From the IMG/VR virus record IMGVR_UViG_3300032224_000723, positions 64,001-128,000 of that record: DNA of 64,000 nucleotides; one strand, given 5' to 3'. Shown piece after piece: positions 18,863 through 28,072 of the stretch. This DNA comes from a virus. A program made the position numbers and the translations under genes. The notes below the pieces were generated by a model. The model was not told where the DNA came from, ran no database searches, and saw nothing but the letters and a program-made list of their open reading frames with translations. Every line of letters begins with the position of its first letter. The stretch's first letter is position 1.

Positions 18863-19098
18863 TGACGCCAGAGCAACAGATCAAACTCGTTGAAGAACGG
18901 GCACGATTGCAAATAGAAGCCGCCGAAGCTGATCGAGATTATGCACTAGGTTTAGCAGCCGCGGCTCACTTGGAATTGATACAGGCCATAAAGTATGGAT
19001 TCAATCCCAAGTCCGCACACAGTACATTAATTAGTATTGGTAAGTTGAGCCCAAGACTAAATGCAATACGAGAAAAGATGTTGAGAGACAAAGAATGA
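18862..19098 (+). CDS. Hypothetical protein
   Basis: Coupled ORF. Confidence 0.65.
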   Translation: MTPEQQIKLVEERARLQIEAAEADRDYALGLAAAAHLELIQAIKYGFNPKSAHSTLISIGKLSPRLNAIREKMLRDKE

Positions 19099-19367
19099 AT
19101 TCAAAAATAGAAGAAGCATTAGGTATACTGCAAGAAGAATGTGCAGAAGTTATTGTAGAAGTCAGCAAGTGCCGTAGGTTTGGTATTGACAGCGTACACT
19201 ACAAAACTGGCATCGAACACTCCAAAATGCTTGAGTTGGAAGTAGGAGATGTGTTAGCATTAATAGATATTCTTGTTGAGCAAGGCGTTTTAAATACAGC
19301 AGTATTAGACATTGCCAAAGCAAACAAAAAAGAAAAACTTAAACAGTGGTCAAAAATTTATGAGTAA
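19095..19367 (+). CDS. MazG-like nucleotide pyrophosphohydrolase
   Basis: LQEECAEV...LELEVGDVL (EExxE...ExxD). Confidence 0.75.
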   Translation: MNSKIEEALGILQEECAEVIVEVSKCRRFGIDSVHYKTGIEHSKMLELEVGDVLALIDILVEQGVLNTAVLDIAKANKKEKLKQWSKIYE

Positions 19368-20217
19368 ACTTAAAATATCAGAATTGTTTTACAGCGCACA
19401 AGGCGAAGGTCGCTTTGTTGGTGTTCCCAGTGTGTTTCTACGCACGTACGGATGTAACTTTAAATGTGCAGGCTTTGGCTGCAAGCCCGGCGAACTCAGC
19501 ACAGAAGCAGATGAAGTAGCAAAGAACATTCATTTGTATAAAACATTTGAAGAACTACCTTTGGTCAATACCGGCTGTGACAGCTATGCTAGTTGGCATC
19601 CTGCATTTAAAGATCTAAGTCACACATATGACATTGATGAGATTGTTGTAAAAATGTTGGCCTTAACTCCCAATGGACGTTGGGTACAAAACAACGGCAA
19701 CGATGTACACTTAGTTATCACAGGTGGCGAACCTTTGCTAGGTTGGCAACGCAGTTATGAAGAACTACTAAGTCATCCCGGACTTGAAGATATTCGTAAC
19801 ATTACATTTGAAACTAATGGTACACAACCACTCAGTGACAAATTCAAAGCATTCTTAGATGAATGGTATACTCCTGATAAAGAAATCACATTCAGTGTGA
19901 GTCCCAAGTTAATTGCCAGCGGTGAGATGTGGAATGATGCTATCAAGCCAGAAGTTGTAATTGACTATCAAAGATATGGTCATACTTACTTGAAGTTTGT
20001 AGTAGAACATGCGGCACATTTTGATGAGGTAGACAATGCTGTGCGTGAATATAGACGTGCAGGATTTGAAATGACTGTGTTTGTTATGCCGCAAGGTGGT
20101 GTTGTAACTCCTTATGAAAAAAATCGTGTTAATGTTGCTAACTGGGCATTGGCCAGAGGTTATAACTATAGTCCACGGCTACACGTCGACTTGTGGGGCA
20201 ATGGCTGGGGTAAGTAA
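19360..20217 (+). CDS. queE: 7-carboxy-7-deazaguanine synthase (radical SAM)
   Basis: ELFYSAQGEG, VFLRTYGCNFKC...CDS, VITGGEP, FETNGT, SVSPK, PRLH; start ATG 19360. Confidence 0.93.
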   Translation: MSKLKISELFYSAQGEGRFVGVPSVFLRTYGCNFKCAGFGCKPGELSTEADEVAKNIHLYKTFEELPLVNTGCDSYASWHPAFKDLSHTYDIDEIVVKMLALTPNGRWVQNNGNDVHLVITGGEPLLGWQRSYEELLSHPGLEDIRNITFETNGTQPLSDKFKAFLDEWYTPDKEITFSVSPKLIASGEMWNDAIKPEVVIDYQRYGHTYLKFVVEHAAHFDEVDNAVREYRRAGFEMTVFVMPQGGVVTPYEKNRVNVANWALARGYNYSPRLHVDLWGNGWGK

Positions 20218-20489
20218 TGTTTGGCACTAATTACAACGAACACAGAGTATCCATGGGATATCCTGAAAAGAATCAACAAGAAGCCGACGATTGGTTTTAT
20301 CGCCGTTGTCTCGGAGCAGAACTTAAATTTTGTTTATGGCCTAGGCGTTGTGATATAAGTAATAAACTTATTTGGTTTAAGTATGGATATAGATTAATTG
20401 CTATATTGACTGGTCCAGGCGACGATGTTGTTGAAACTCGGTGGCACGATAAGATTGAACATATAATTTGGCAATTAAAAAGGAATTAA
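20217..20489 (+). CDS. Hypothetical protein
   Basis: TAATG-coupled ORF. Confidence 0.65.
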   Translation: MFGTNYNEHRVSMGYPEKNQQEADDWFYRRCLGAELKFCLWPRRCDISNKLIWFKYGYRLIAILTGPGDDVVETRWHDKIEHIIWQLKRN

Positions 20490-20490
20490 A

Positions 20491-20880
20491 ATGGGACTAT
20501 TTGATAGATTTAAAAAACAACCAGAGCCTGCTCCAGTGGTTAAAGAACCCAAAGTCAAAGCACCTAAGGTAGAAAAGACCGCTAAAGAAATTGCTACAGA
20601 AAAAGGCGAGCCTTGGATAGACTGTGTGACCATTGACCTTGATCCTGAAAACATTGGTGCAGGAGCATTTGAATTAGATTGGAACGAATTTTTTATTGCT
20701 AAACTTATACGCAGTGGGTATCAAGGCAAAGACGATGCAGCCATTGTGGATCGTTGGTTCCAGGATGTTTGTAGAAATGTTGTGTTGGAAACATTTGAAC
20801 AATACGAAGCCAATAATCCAAGACCCACAACTGGTATTCAACGTAAAAAATTAGACGACGGGCGTACAGAAGTATCATGA
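20491..20880 (+). CDS. Hypothetical protein
   Basis: AAGGA SD; 129 aa. Confidence 0.75.
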   Translation: MGLFDRFKKQPEPAPVVKEPKVKAPKVEKTAKEIATEKGEPWIDCVTIDLDPENIGAGAFELDWNEFFIAKLIRSGYQGKDDAAIVDRWFQDVCRNVVLETFEQYEANNPRPTTGIQRKKLDDGRTEVS

Positions 20881-21539
20881 AGTTGTATGTAAACGGCGAT
20901 AGTCACAGTGCTGGGTTTGATGCTGGAGGTCCTGACTTCAGCTATGGCCGCTATATCGCCGATGCATTAGGATGGGATTTTGTTTGTGATGCAACACCGG
21001 CTTGTAGTAACCCCAGTATTATACGAAAAACTGTCGACTACCTAGAACGCGGCTCGCTACCAGATTTTATAATCATAGGTTGGAGTACCTGGGAACGGGA
21101 AACATGGTGGGGGGCGGATGGTAAGCCTTATCATGTTACTGCATCGGGACTAGATTCCTTACCCGAAGATTTGCATGACCGTTATAAAAAATGGGTTATT
21201 GAATCTAACGAAGATTATTTCCAACAACAAAAAGAAAGTTTGAATCACGAATTAATTTGGGCACAGCATCAAAGATTCGTAAGACTTGGTATTCCGCATT
21301 TATTCTTTAACTGCTACAGTCAATTTTTCTACACAGACGTTTATAAAAAACCAAAATATCCGTGGGGAGATTGTTATGTGGATCCCTACAGCCAAAATAT
21401 GACTTACTATTATTGGTTAGAACAACACGGATACAAGCCCTCCAATCCAGAGTATTTCCATTATGGTGCAGATGGCCAAAAAGCATGGGCTGATTTCCTT
21501 TTACCAAAAGTTCAAAAACTATTGACAAATAAACTATAA
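20877..21539 (+). CDS. SGNH/GDSL-like protein
   Basis: NGDSHSAG block I; SN; C-terminal FHYGADGQKAWA. Confidence 0.7.
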   Translation: MKLYVNGDSHSAGFDAGGPDFSYGRYIADALGWDFVCDATPACSNPSIIRKTVDYLERGSLPDFIIIGWSTWERETWWGADGKPYHVTASGLDSLPEDLHDRYKKWVIESNEDYFQQQKESLNHELIWAQHQRFVRLGIPHLFFNCYSQFFYTDVYKKPKYPWGDCYVDPYSQNMTYYYWLEQHGYKPSNPEYFHYGADGQKAWADFLLPKVQKLLTNKL

Positions 21540-21550
21540 TATGCTATTAT
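21522..21550 (+). promoter_or_regulatory. Sigma70 promoter of the RNase H-like gene (probably leaderless)
   Basis: TTGACA-17 bp-TATTAT (TGcTATTAT); ATG 6 nt downstream; no SD. Confidence 0.7.
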
Positions 21551-21556
21551 TATGGC

Positions 21557-22546
21557 ATGAGATACTTAATCGTTGATACCGCTAACACATTCTTCCGTGC
21601 CCGTCACAGTGCCCATCGCCAAAGCGATACATGGGACAGATTGGGATTTGCCATTCATGTTACACTGGCCAGCGTAAACAAAGCATGGCGTGATCAAAAA
21701 GCAGATCATGTTGTATTCTGTTTAGAAGGTCGTAGCTGGCGCAAGGACTACTATGAACCCTACAAAAAGAATCGCTCAGTGGCAAGAGCTGCTCAAACTG
21801 AGGCCGAACAAGAAGAAGATCGCCTCTTCTGGTCCGCATTCGACGACCTCAAAACATTCCTCACAGACAGAACAAATTGTACTGTTCTCCAGCACGGACA
21901 GTTGGAAGCAGATGACTTGGTGGCAGGATGGATCCAAAGTCACCCTCAGGATCACCACACCATTGTAAGTTCAGACACAGACTTCCATCAACTGCTTAGT
22001 GCTAATGTAAATCAATATAACGGCATTGCGGATGAACTGCATACATTGGAAGGTATACTTGACAAGAAAGGCAAGTTAGTTATTGATAAGAAAACTAAAG
22101 AGCCCAAGAAGATTCCCGACCCTAGCTGGATCTTGTTTGAAAAATGTATGCGCGGTGACCCCACTGACAATGTGTTCAGTGCTTATCCAGGTGTGCGTAC
22201 TAAAGGTAGCAAGAACAAAGTGGGTTTGGAAGAAGCCTATGCAGATAGAGCCAAGCAAGGATTTTCGTGGAACAATCTCATGCTCCAACGTTGGACAGAC
22301 CACAATGGTGTCGAACATCGTGTGTTGGATGACTATGAACGTAATCGTACATTGGTAGACTTGTCTGCACAGCCAGACAATATCAAAGCCGTTATTGCAG
22401 AAACTATTGCTGCCAACAGTGTAGCAAAGAATCGTCCAATGATTGGCGCTCAGTTCTTAAAGTTTTGTGGCAAATATGAACTGAATAGACTAAGTGAAAA
22501 TGCCACAAGTTTTAGTGATTTTTTAAGTAAAGGATACACACAATGA
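21557..22546 (+). CDS. rnh: T4 RNase H-like 5'-3' exonuclease / flap endonuclease
   Basis: LIVD..N, SWRK..Y..YKKNR, LEADDL, SSDTDFHQL, GDPTDNV. Confidence 0.9.
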   Translation: MRYLIVDTANTFFRARHSAHRQSDTWDRLGFAIHVTLASVNKAWRDQKADHVVFCLEGRSWRKDYYEPYKKNRSVARAAQTEAEQEEDRLFWSAFDDLKTFLTDRTNCTVLQHGQLEADDLVAGWIQSHPQDHHTIVSSDTDFHQLLSANVNQYNGIADELHTLEGILDKKGKLVIDKKTKEPKKIPDPSWILFEKCMRGDPTDNVFSAYPGVRTKGSKNKVGLEEAYADRAKQGFSWNNLMLQRWTDHNGVEHRVLDDYERNRTLVDLSAQPDNIKAVIAETIAANSVAKNRPMIGAQFLKFCGKYELNRLSENATSFSDFLSKGYTQ

Positions 22547-23064
22547 TTGAAATGAAAGAATTTTTTGAATTAGTAGGATACAAAATTACCGAGGGCAGTG
22601 ACTATGGGTGGGAATGTTACGGTCCTAATAGCCATAGGCTTAGTGCGTGGAATGGAAAACACAGTGACGGTGGATGGAGTGCTGATATTGTGTTCAGTAC
22701 TAAAAGCCAAAAAGTCTATGAAGTAACAGTATGTGATATGGCTAACGATCGTGCTTACCGTATGATTAATCCCAAGTTTTTGGACAAGCATAACAAAGAA
22801 GCCGAACGGCGATCAGTGTCAGCTAATCAAGCGTGGGATGATATCAACTACACTGACCTTGAAGTGGACTCCGACTTTTTAGAAAAAGCTCGGGCTATTA
22901 TAGCAGGACAAGACTATGACACTCGTGTACAAATTGAAGTTGATTTTTCAGATGAAGAATTGCTACACTATATGAAAATTGCACACGAACGTGACATAAC
23001 ATTCAATCAACTAATCGAAGAAAGTCTACGTCATGTTATCAAGGAACACGGTGTAGAAGTTTGA
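22543..23064 (+). CDS. Hypothetical protein with C-terminal ribbon-helix-helix-like segment
   Basis: C-terminal FSDEELLHYMKIAHERDITFNQLIEESL. Confidence 0.65.
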   Translation: MIEMKEFFELVGYKITEGSDYGWECYGPNSHRLSAWNGKHSDGGWSADIVFSTKSQKVYEVTVCDMANDRAYRMINPKFLDKHNKEAERRSVSANQAWDDINYTDLEVDSDFLEKARAIIAGQDYDTRVQIEVDFSDEELLHYMKIAHERDITFNQLIEESLRHVIKEHGVEV

Positions 23065-23065
23065 T

Positions 23066-23263
23066 ATGGATATAACAAATATCAAAGATATTAAAATTAA
23101 CTTTAATCGAGGATCGTGGGACCCGAGAACACAAAGTATTGTGTTGAGCTATGATCCCAATTCTCAGTGCGGATTTAGTATGAAATTAGTTCCTGTGTAT
23201 GTCGAAACTTCAGTGGATAACACGGATCTAGCCAAAGAAGTATTAAGGAAATTCACTAAATGA
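23066..23263 (+). CDS. Hypothetical protein
   Basis: Coupled ORF. Confidence 0.55.
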   Translation: MDITNIKDIKINFNRGSWDPRTQSIVLSYDPNSQCGFSMKLVPVYVETSVDNTDLAKEVLRKFTK

Positions 23264-23577
23264 ACTTTGTGATGTGGTTGCTTAAACGAATCAAGACCAG
23301 CTTGGGTTGGCAAAGTCTTTGGGTCAGTGACTATCGTCATGCTATTTTGCACGACAAAGGTTACAGTATATTTTTAACCCTGGGCATTGGATTCATTTAT
23401 GTTGTGACTGTGGGGTGGGTATGTATCCATTTTATTGACCAAACCGAAACAGCACAAAATACTGTAGTAGGTTTGATAGCGTCAGTTGCAGTGTTCTATG
23501 TATATCATTGGATAATGGCCTTGCATGAAGTTTATGAAAAAGAGAAACAAAACATGTGGGAGATATTAAAGCAATGA
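23260..23577 (+). CDS. Hypothetical membrane protein (2 TM)
   Basis: Two hydrophobic stretches; ATGA coupling. Confidence 0.65.
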   Translation: MNFVMWLLKRIKTSLGWQSLWVSDYRHAILHDKGYSIFLTLGIGFIYVVTVGWVCIHFIDQTETAQNTVVGLIASVAVFYVYHWIMALHEVYEKEKQNMWEILKQ

Positions 23578-23771
23578 CCATTGAAGATTTAGAACATATT
23601 TTTAAACCTCAGATTGATGAGGGTACAACTAGTTTGTATTTCATGTTGATTGACAGCGACCACCGAGTAATTATGCGCCAAGAGTCGAATGAAATCCAAA
23701 CGCTTTTATCGTTGTTAGATAACTTTGAATACGCCGGATCTGAAGGTCGTATGCCTAGATTTGTAAAATAA
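23574..23771 (+). CDS. Hypothetical protein
   Basis: ATGA coupling; GGAG SD. Confidence 0.6.
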   Translation: MTIEDLEHIFKPQIDEGTTSLYFMLIDSDHRVIMRQESNEIQTLLSLLDNFEYAGSEGRMPRFVK

Positions 23772-23826
23772 CTGTATGCTAAACAGCACTCTAAGGCGTT
23801 ATATATGTACACACTAGGAGTCATAT

Positions 23827-23964
23827 ATGACACGAGATATCATTAATCAAGTTAGAGAGATGTTAGACAGACATTTGGACGTAGTTGAAATTGCCAGTAA
23901 ATTGAATTTAGATTTAGACACAGTAAGAATAGCCGCAGACATTATTAAAGAACTTATTACCTAG
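23827..23964 (+). CDS. Small helix-turn-helix-like protein (45 aa, not in ORF track)
   Basis: AGGAG SD; MTRDIINQVREMLDRHLDVVEIASKLNLDLDTVRIAADIIKELIT. Confidence 0.65.
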   Translation: MTRDIINQVREMLDRHLDVVEIASKLNLDLDTVRIAADIIKELIT

Positions 23965-23965
23965 C

Positions 23966-24189
23966 ATGTTTAAAACTCATATCAGCACTATTAAAACTAT
24001 CCGTCAAGGTGACGATGACTTTATGCTCAACGACGGAATGATTATAAGCCCAGAGCTGGTTTTGAGATTAGTACAAAATGCCCCGACGGATATAAAAGAG
24101 TCATACAAGAAGCTATCGACATGGGCTGGCTCAAACCTGTAGCACACTTGCATGATCATGAATATATGTGGGACAAATTAAAAGGTTAA
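23966..24189 (+). pseudogene. Frameshifted hypothetical gene
   Basis: One extra C at AGCCCAGA (~24050) gives a 74-aa ORF ending 2 nt before the next ATG. Confidence 0.5.
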
Positions 24190-24191
24190 CT

Positions 24192-24377
24192 ATGAATAGA
24201 AACATTGAACAACGCATGACGGAAATAATGAAGCCTATAGATCAATCTATACAGTTAACCGACGACGAGAATGACATGTTGATGTTGGCCTGTGCCATGC
24301 TACAACGTGTAACAGAAATATTTGATAAAACTCTTGGCGAAGAAGGTCGTCGTCAAATGTTTAAGGATCATGCATGA
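24192..24377 (+). CDS. Hypothetical protein
   Basis: AAGG SD; start refined to ATG 24192. Confidence 0.65.
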   Translation: MNRNIEQRMTEIMKPIDQSIQLTDDENDMLMLACAMLQRVTEIFDKTLGEEGRRQMFKDHA

Positions 24378-24553
24378 AACCTTTTAGGTCTTGGTTAGAA
24401 GATTTATGGCGTGTTAATTGTGATGAGCACGACGGTTATAAAGAACCACGCTATACCTTGCAAGAATATTTTGCTAAGTACAAGTGGTGGTTGCGTAGAG
24501 AATATAGACATCAACAAACTTTGAAAGAATCAAATGACAGAACTAATAGCTAA
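24374..24553 (+). CDS. Hypothetical protein (59 aa, not in ORF track)
   Basis: ATGA coupling; MKPFRSWLEDLWRVNCDEH... Confidence 0.6.
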   Translation: MKPFRSWLEDLWRVNCDEHDGYKEPRYTLQEYFAKYKWWLRREYRHQQTLKESNDRTNS

Positions 24554-25019
24554 ACCAGTTATTAAAAATAAGTTTTGGATTGTAGAATCTGAAGGCACAA
24601 AAGTTGCCACAATCCAAGCAGTGGAGGACGGCGGATTTGTTTATGTACACGACGAAGAACGCCAACGATTTCCTTCAATTAAATTATTAAGCAAAGAACA
24701 CAATATTGTGTTTGATGCTACCACAGTTAAAAAAGAAAAAGCAGTGGTAGAACTACATGAGGTATATGGATACCCTGTGACTAAAACCAACAAAGCATGG
24801 AACACAATGTGGGATGTCAAGCATCAGTTTCCTGTATACACTAAGACCAGTAAAAGTAAAAGTTACTACTGTGCGGGTTATTACATTATTAAATTCAACA
24901 ACGGGTGGGTTAAAAGCCATTGCCCCAAATTTATTACACTGAATCGTTATGAATTTAAGGGACCATTCAAAACCAAAGCCGAAGTACAAGAGCAGTTGAG
25001 GTTAGCAAATGGAAAATAA
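24534..25019 (+). CDS. Hypothetical protein
   Basis: 161 aa ORF, coupled to neighbours. Confidence 0.75.
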   Translation: MTELIAKPVIKNKFWIVESEGTKVATIQAVEDGGFVYVHDEERQRFPSIKLLSKEHNIVFDATTVKKEKAVVELHEVYGYPVTKTNKAWNTMWDVKHQFPVYTKTSKSKSYYCAGYYIIKFNNGWVKSHCPKFITLNRYEFKGPFKTKAEVQEQLRLANGK

Positions 25020-25230
25020 TTTAACCATTCACTTAAAAATGTTTAATGACAAAGTTAAACTAATGAACTCTAGTAACAGTAAGCAGTTGATCTTATCTGC
25101 CACAGAAGCACGTAATTTGCATGCGGATTTGTTTGATTTACTTAATCATTGTGCCACTTTAAGCCAAGAAATCAGCCGCAAGGGTCAAGAACAAGTTGTC
25201 AATGTTGCAATGGATGGCGGCGGCTTTTAA
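25009..25230 (+). CDS. Hypothetical protein
   Basis: GAGG SD; ends in MDGGGF. Confidence 0.7.
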   Translation: MENNLTIHLKMFNDKVKLMNSSNSKQLILSATEARNLHADLFDLLNHCATLSQEISRKGQEQVVNVAMDGGGF

Positions 25231-25241
25231 TAATATACGCA

Positions 25242-25258
25242 GATAAATATAATAAATA
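25242..25258 (+). promoter_or_regulatory. Tandem late-type promoter motifs (T4 TATAAATA-like)
   Basis: GATAAATA and AATAAATA in the intergenic gap. Confidence 0.55.
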
Positions 25259-25276
25259 CAACAGTCAATTAAGAGT

Positions 25277-25564
25277 ATGAGCAGACCTAAACCAAAAGTG
25301 TTAGTAGAACACGTTAACAAAACAAACTATAAGACAGAACAAGTCTTGAGTAGCGAAGGTATATGGGCTGTATTTTACGATAATCAACCTGTTAATTTAA
25401 AGTCCAGCAACATGCTGGTCAGCTATCCTGGTCCTAAGTATAAGAAAACTAGTTTTAGCAATCCAGGTCATGCTATCAATTTAGCCAAGAAGCTCAATAC
25501 CCTATTCAAGACTGATTTGTTTACTGTGGTGTTATTGAAAAGTGGCGACAGAATCTACCCCTAA
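25277..25564 (+). CDS. Basic hypothetical protein
   Basis: 95 aa ORF after late-type promoter motifs. Confidence 0.75.
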   Translation: MSRPKPKVLVEHVNKTNYKTEQVLSSEGIWAVFYDNQPVNLKSSNMLVSYPGPKYKKTSFSNPGHAINLAKKLNTLFKTDLFTVVLLKSGDRIYP

Positions 25565-26750
25565 TCGTTCCCCTACTTACTGTGTGATGCCACACATAAA
25601 TCTTGCCATGCAAAACAATGGTGATGTATGTGTGTGCAATAAGAACACTGAAAGTTTCAAAGACGGTAAACATAATTTACTCCATATTCACAAAGACGGC
25701 CTTGCTAAAATATGGAACAGCCACACTAGAAAAATGATAGCCGCAGGTTTGGATCACGGCAAACGTTTACCTGGGTGTCAAGCATGCTGGAATGACGAAG
25801 ATGCTGGCGTTGAGTCCAATAGACAAAGGTTCAACAAAGTATTTGCCGATGTTAAACCTAGTAAAGCACAACCTAAAGTTTTAATTATTAAACCAGGCAA
25901 TGTGTGTAATTTAGGTTGTAGGATGTGCAATCCAGCAACTAGTACAAGTATGTATCAAGACTTTTATAAATTAGACACTGATAGAAAATCATTTTCTGGT
26001 ACATTAAAAGATTACACAAATCAATTTGAACTTATACGAGAAGGCTTTAGTAAAGACAATAACTTGGTGTGGCCTGTTCTTAAAGAATGGACCAACGAAC
26101 TAATATTCATTGACATCTACGGCGGAGAGCCTATGTTGGCTCCCACCATATGGGAAGTGTTGGAACACAGTGTTCAAAATGGCTCCAGCAAAAACACAAG
26201 TATAGAATTTCATACCAATTGTACAATATGGAATGAAAAATACATCAACCTATTACCAGCATTTAAATCTGTTGACATAGGCATCAGCATAGATCATCAT
26301 GAACATAAACAGTTATCATATATTCGTCATGGCGTTGATGCAGAAACACTACTTACTAATTTAGAGAAGTATAAGCAGTTAGAACTAGAAAACTCCTCTA
26401 TTAATCTTCATATCACATTAACAGTAACTCCCTATAATGTTTGGGATTTAGATTTAATAGTTGATGAATTAGAAGCACACATGCCGGTGGCTATCAATGT
26501 TGTATATCTACCAGAACTATTAGACATACGGCACTTACCTATTCCTATCAAACAAAAATTAATTTCAAAATTTGAATCCAATCACAAATTAACAAAAATA
26601 GTACAGTTACTCAATCATACTATTCCTGGGTGTGATGTATATTGGCCTAAGTTTTGTGAAGAATTCCGTATACTAGATAAAATACGCAATCAAAGTTTTG
26701 CAGAGTGTTTTCCAGAATACTACAAAGAATTAGAACCTTATATTGTTTAA
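25542..26750 (+). CDS. Radical SAM protein with N-terminal auxiliary Cys domain
   Basis: CVMP..CVC..CQAC; CNLGCRMC; GGEP; HTNCT. Confidence 0.88.
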   Translation: MATESTPNRSPTYCVMPHINLAMQNNGDVCVCNKNTESFKDGKHNLLHIHKDGLAKIWNSHTRKMIAAGLDHGKRLPGCQACWNDEDAGVESNRQRFNKVFADVKPSKAQPKVLIIKPGNVCNLGCRMCNPATSTSMYQDFYKLDTDRKSFSGTLKDYTNQFELIREGFSKDNNLVWPVLKEWTNELIFIDIYGGEPMLAPTIWEVLEHSVQNGSSKNTSIEFHTNCTIWNEKYINLLPAFKSVDIGISIDHHEHKQLSYIRHGVDAETLLTNLEKYKQLELENSSINLHITLTVTPYNVWDLDLIVDELEAHMPVAINVVYLPELLDIRHLPIPIKQKLISKFESNHKLTKIVQLLNHTIPGCDVYWPKFCEEFRILDKIRNQSFAECFPEYYKELEPYIV

Positions 26751-27120
26751 AGTGGGCAACATTCCAAAAAGATTTAAACAAAATCAACTGACTAAAGTGT
26801 TTGCGGAAATATTAGGCCAGCCCACACATTTGGTGCATTATCAATTATGGAACAATCCCACAGACAACACTAGTCTACGCCTAAGTCTGCAGGGCTATAC
26901 CCTGCTAAAGAAAAACGATGTTAAGAGCTACACGTTTGATCTCAGTGAACCATTGACCAACAAGAACCTGCTACAGTTGGAGCGATACTTTCCAGGCATG
27001 TACTTTTTATTTCGAGCACAGAAAATTACTGTATACGACGAACAAGAAGCTACCATGCTAACACTAATGGACAGCAACCTTAAAGAGTACTTGGACAACT
27101 TGGAAGAAAGTAATACCTAA
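26743..27120 (+). CDS. Hypothetical protein
   Basis: Overlapping ORF, 125 aa. Confidence 0.65.
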   Translation: MFKVGNIPKRFKQNQLTKVFAEILGQPTHLVHYQLWNNPTDNTSLRLSLQGYTLLKKNDVKSYTFDLSEPLTNKNLLQLERYFPGMYFLFRAQKITVYDEQEATMLTLMDSNLKEYLDNLEESNT

Positions 27121-27211
27121 GTACTAATACCCATTCACTCCGTAGGGTCATTGACAATAAATCCAAATTCCTATATAATTATGGCATACGTTAACAACAA
27201 AGGAGTTGAAA
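27108..27211 (+). promoter_or_regulatory. Early promoter cassette, copy 1
   Basis: AAGTAATAC-CTAA-GTACTAAT dyad; TTGACA(27151)-17-TATAAT(27174); leader TATGGCATAC..AAAGGAGTTGAA. Confidence 0.75.
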
Positions 27212-27496
27212 ATGGAAAAACTTACAGATATTCAGCAGGTCAATTCTGCAATTATGTTTGGTAACTTTACAGACACTGAACTGACCAGCATACTCAGTGC
27301 CGTACAGTATGCCAAGGCTCAACTCCGCAAAGAAAAAATCCGCTCATTTAGAGTTGGTGACAATGTCAAGTTTACCAGCACCAAACGTGGTGTGGTTGTA
27401 AACGGAACGGTACGCAAGGTAGCTATTAAGTATGTCACAGTAGACACAGGACAAACCCTGTGGAGAGTTCCCGCTAACATGTTGGAGGCAGTATAA
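27212..27496 (+). CDS. Hypothetical protein with SH3/KOW-like C-terminus
   Basis: FRVGDNVKF...GTVRKV..KYVTV...WRVPANML; strong SD. Confidence 0.7.
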   Translation: MEKLTDIQQVNSAIMFGNFTDTELTSILSAVQYAKAQLRKEKIRSFRVGDNVKFTSTKRGVVVNGTVRKVAIKYVTVDTGQTLWRVPANMLEAV

Positions 27497-27711
27497 TGCA
27501 AGAATGGGTCCTAATTATATCTTTGTTCACCCCTGGTGGTGACTTTATGGATAAACGTCACATTGTCCTTCCGGACCAACAAGCCTGCCAACGGGCTAAA
27601 ATGGACGTTGAAACCGCAGAAAATCCCATGAGTGTTAAAGTTAAAACTTTATGTGTAACTAAAGCTCACTGGACTGGCCAAAAGCCCATGCGTAATGTCC
27701 CTATGGATTGA
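27496..27711 (+). CDS. Hypothetical protein
   Basis: TAATG coupling; GGAGG SD. Confidence 0.65.
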   Translation: MQEWVLIISLFTPGGDFMDKRHIVLPDQQACQRAKMDVETAENPMSVKVKTLCVTKAHWTGQKPMRNVPMD

Positions 27712-27789
27712 AGTAGTACTAAGGTAGTACTTGTCCATAATTCGAATATTTGCTATAATAATGGCATGTTAAGCAAAAAGGAGTTGAAG
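27711..27789 (+). promoter_or_regulatory. Early promoter cassette, copy 2
   Basis: AAGTAGTAC-TAAG-GTAGTACTT dyad; TTGTCC-17-TATAAT; AATGGCAT..AAAAAGGAGTTGAAGATG. Confidence 0.75.
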
Positions 27790-28062
27790 ATGAAAGCACT
27801 GACAGTATTGATTGACCAAGAAAATAAATGGTCCAGTATTTTTAATCCTAAGTTTGTGGCACACGAAGTCGCCACTGCCCATGGGCGCGAACGTGTAGCA
27901 AAAATGATTGACGCTAAACTCAGTCCAGAAAACCTGAGCTGTGATGGCGAGCTACCCCGTGCAGAAGTCGCCCGCCGTTATCGTGCGCTGACCACAGCCG
28001 CTAAAGATCTAATCAAGTTGGATCCCAGCGTGGCTCAGTTTATGTACGAATTCTCAGAATAA
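27790..28062 (+). CDS. Hypothetical protein
   Basis: Strong SD; LSPENLSCDGE. Confidence 0.75.
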   Translation: MKALTVLIDQENKWSSIFNPKFVAHEVATAHGRERVAKMIDAKLSPENLSCDGELPRAEVARRYRALTTAAKDLIKLDPSVAQFMYEFSE

Positions 28063-28072
28063 GGAGTTAAAA

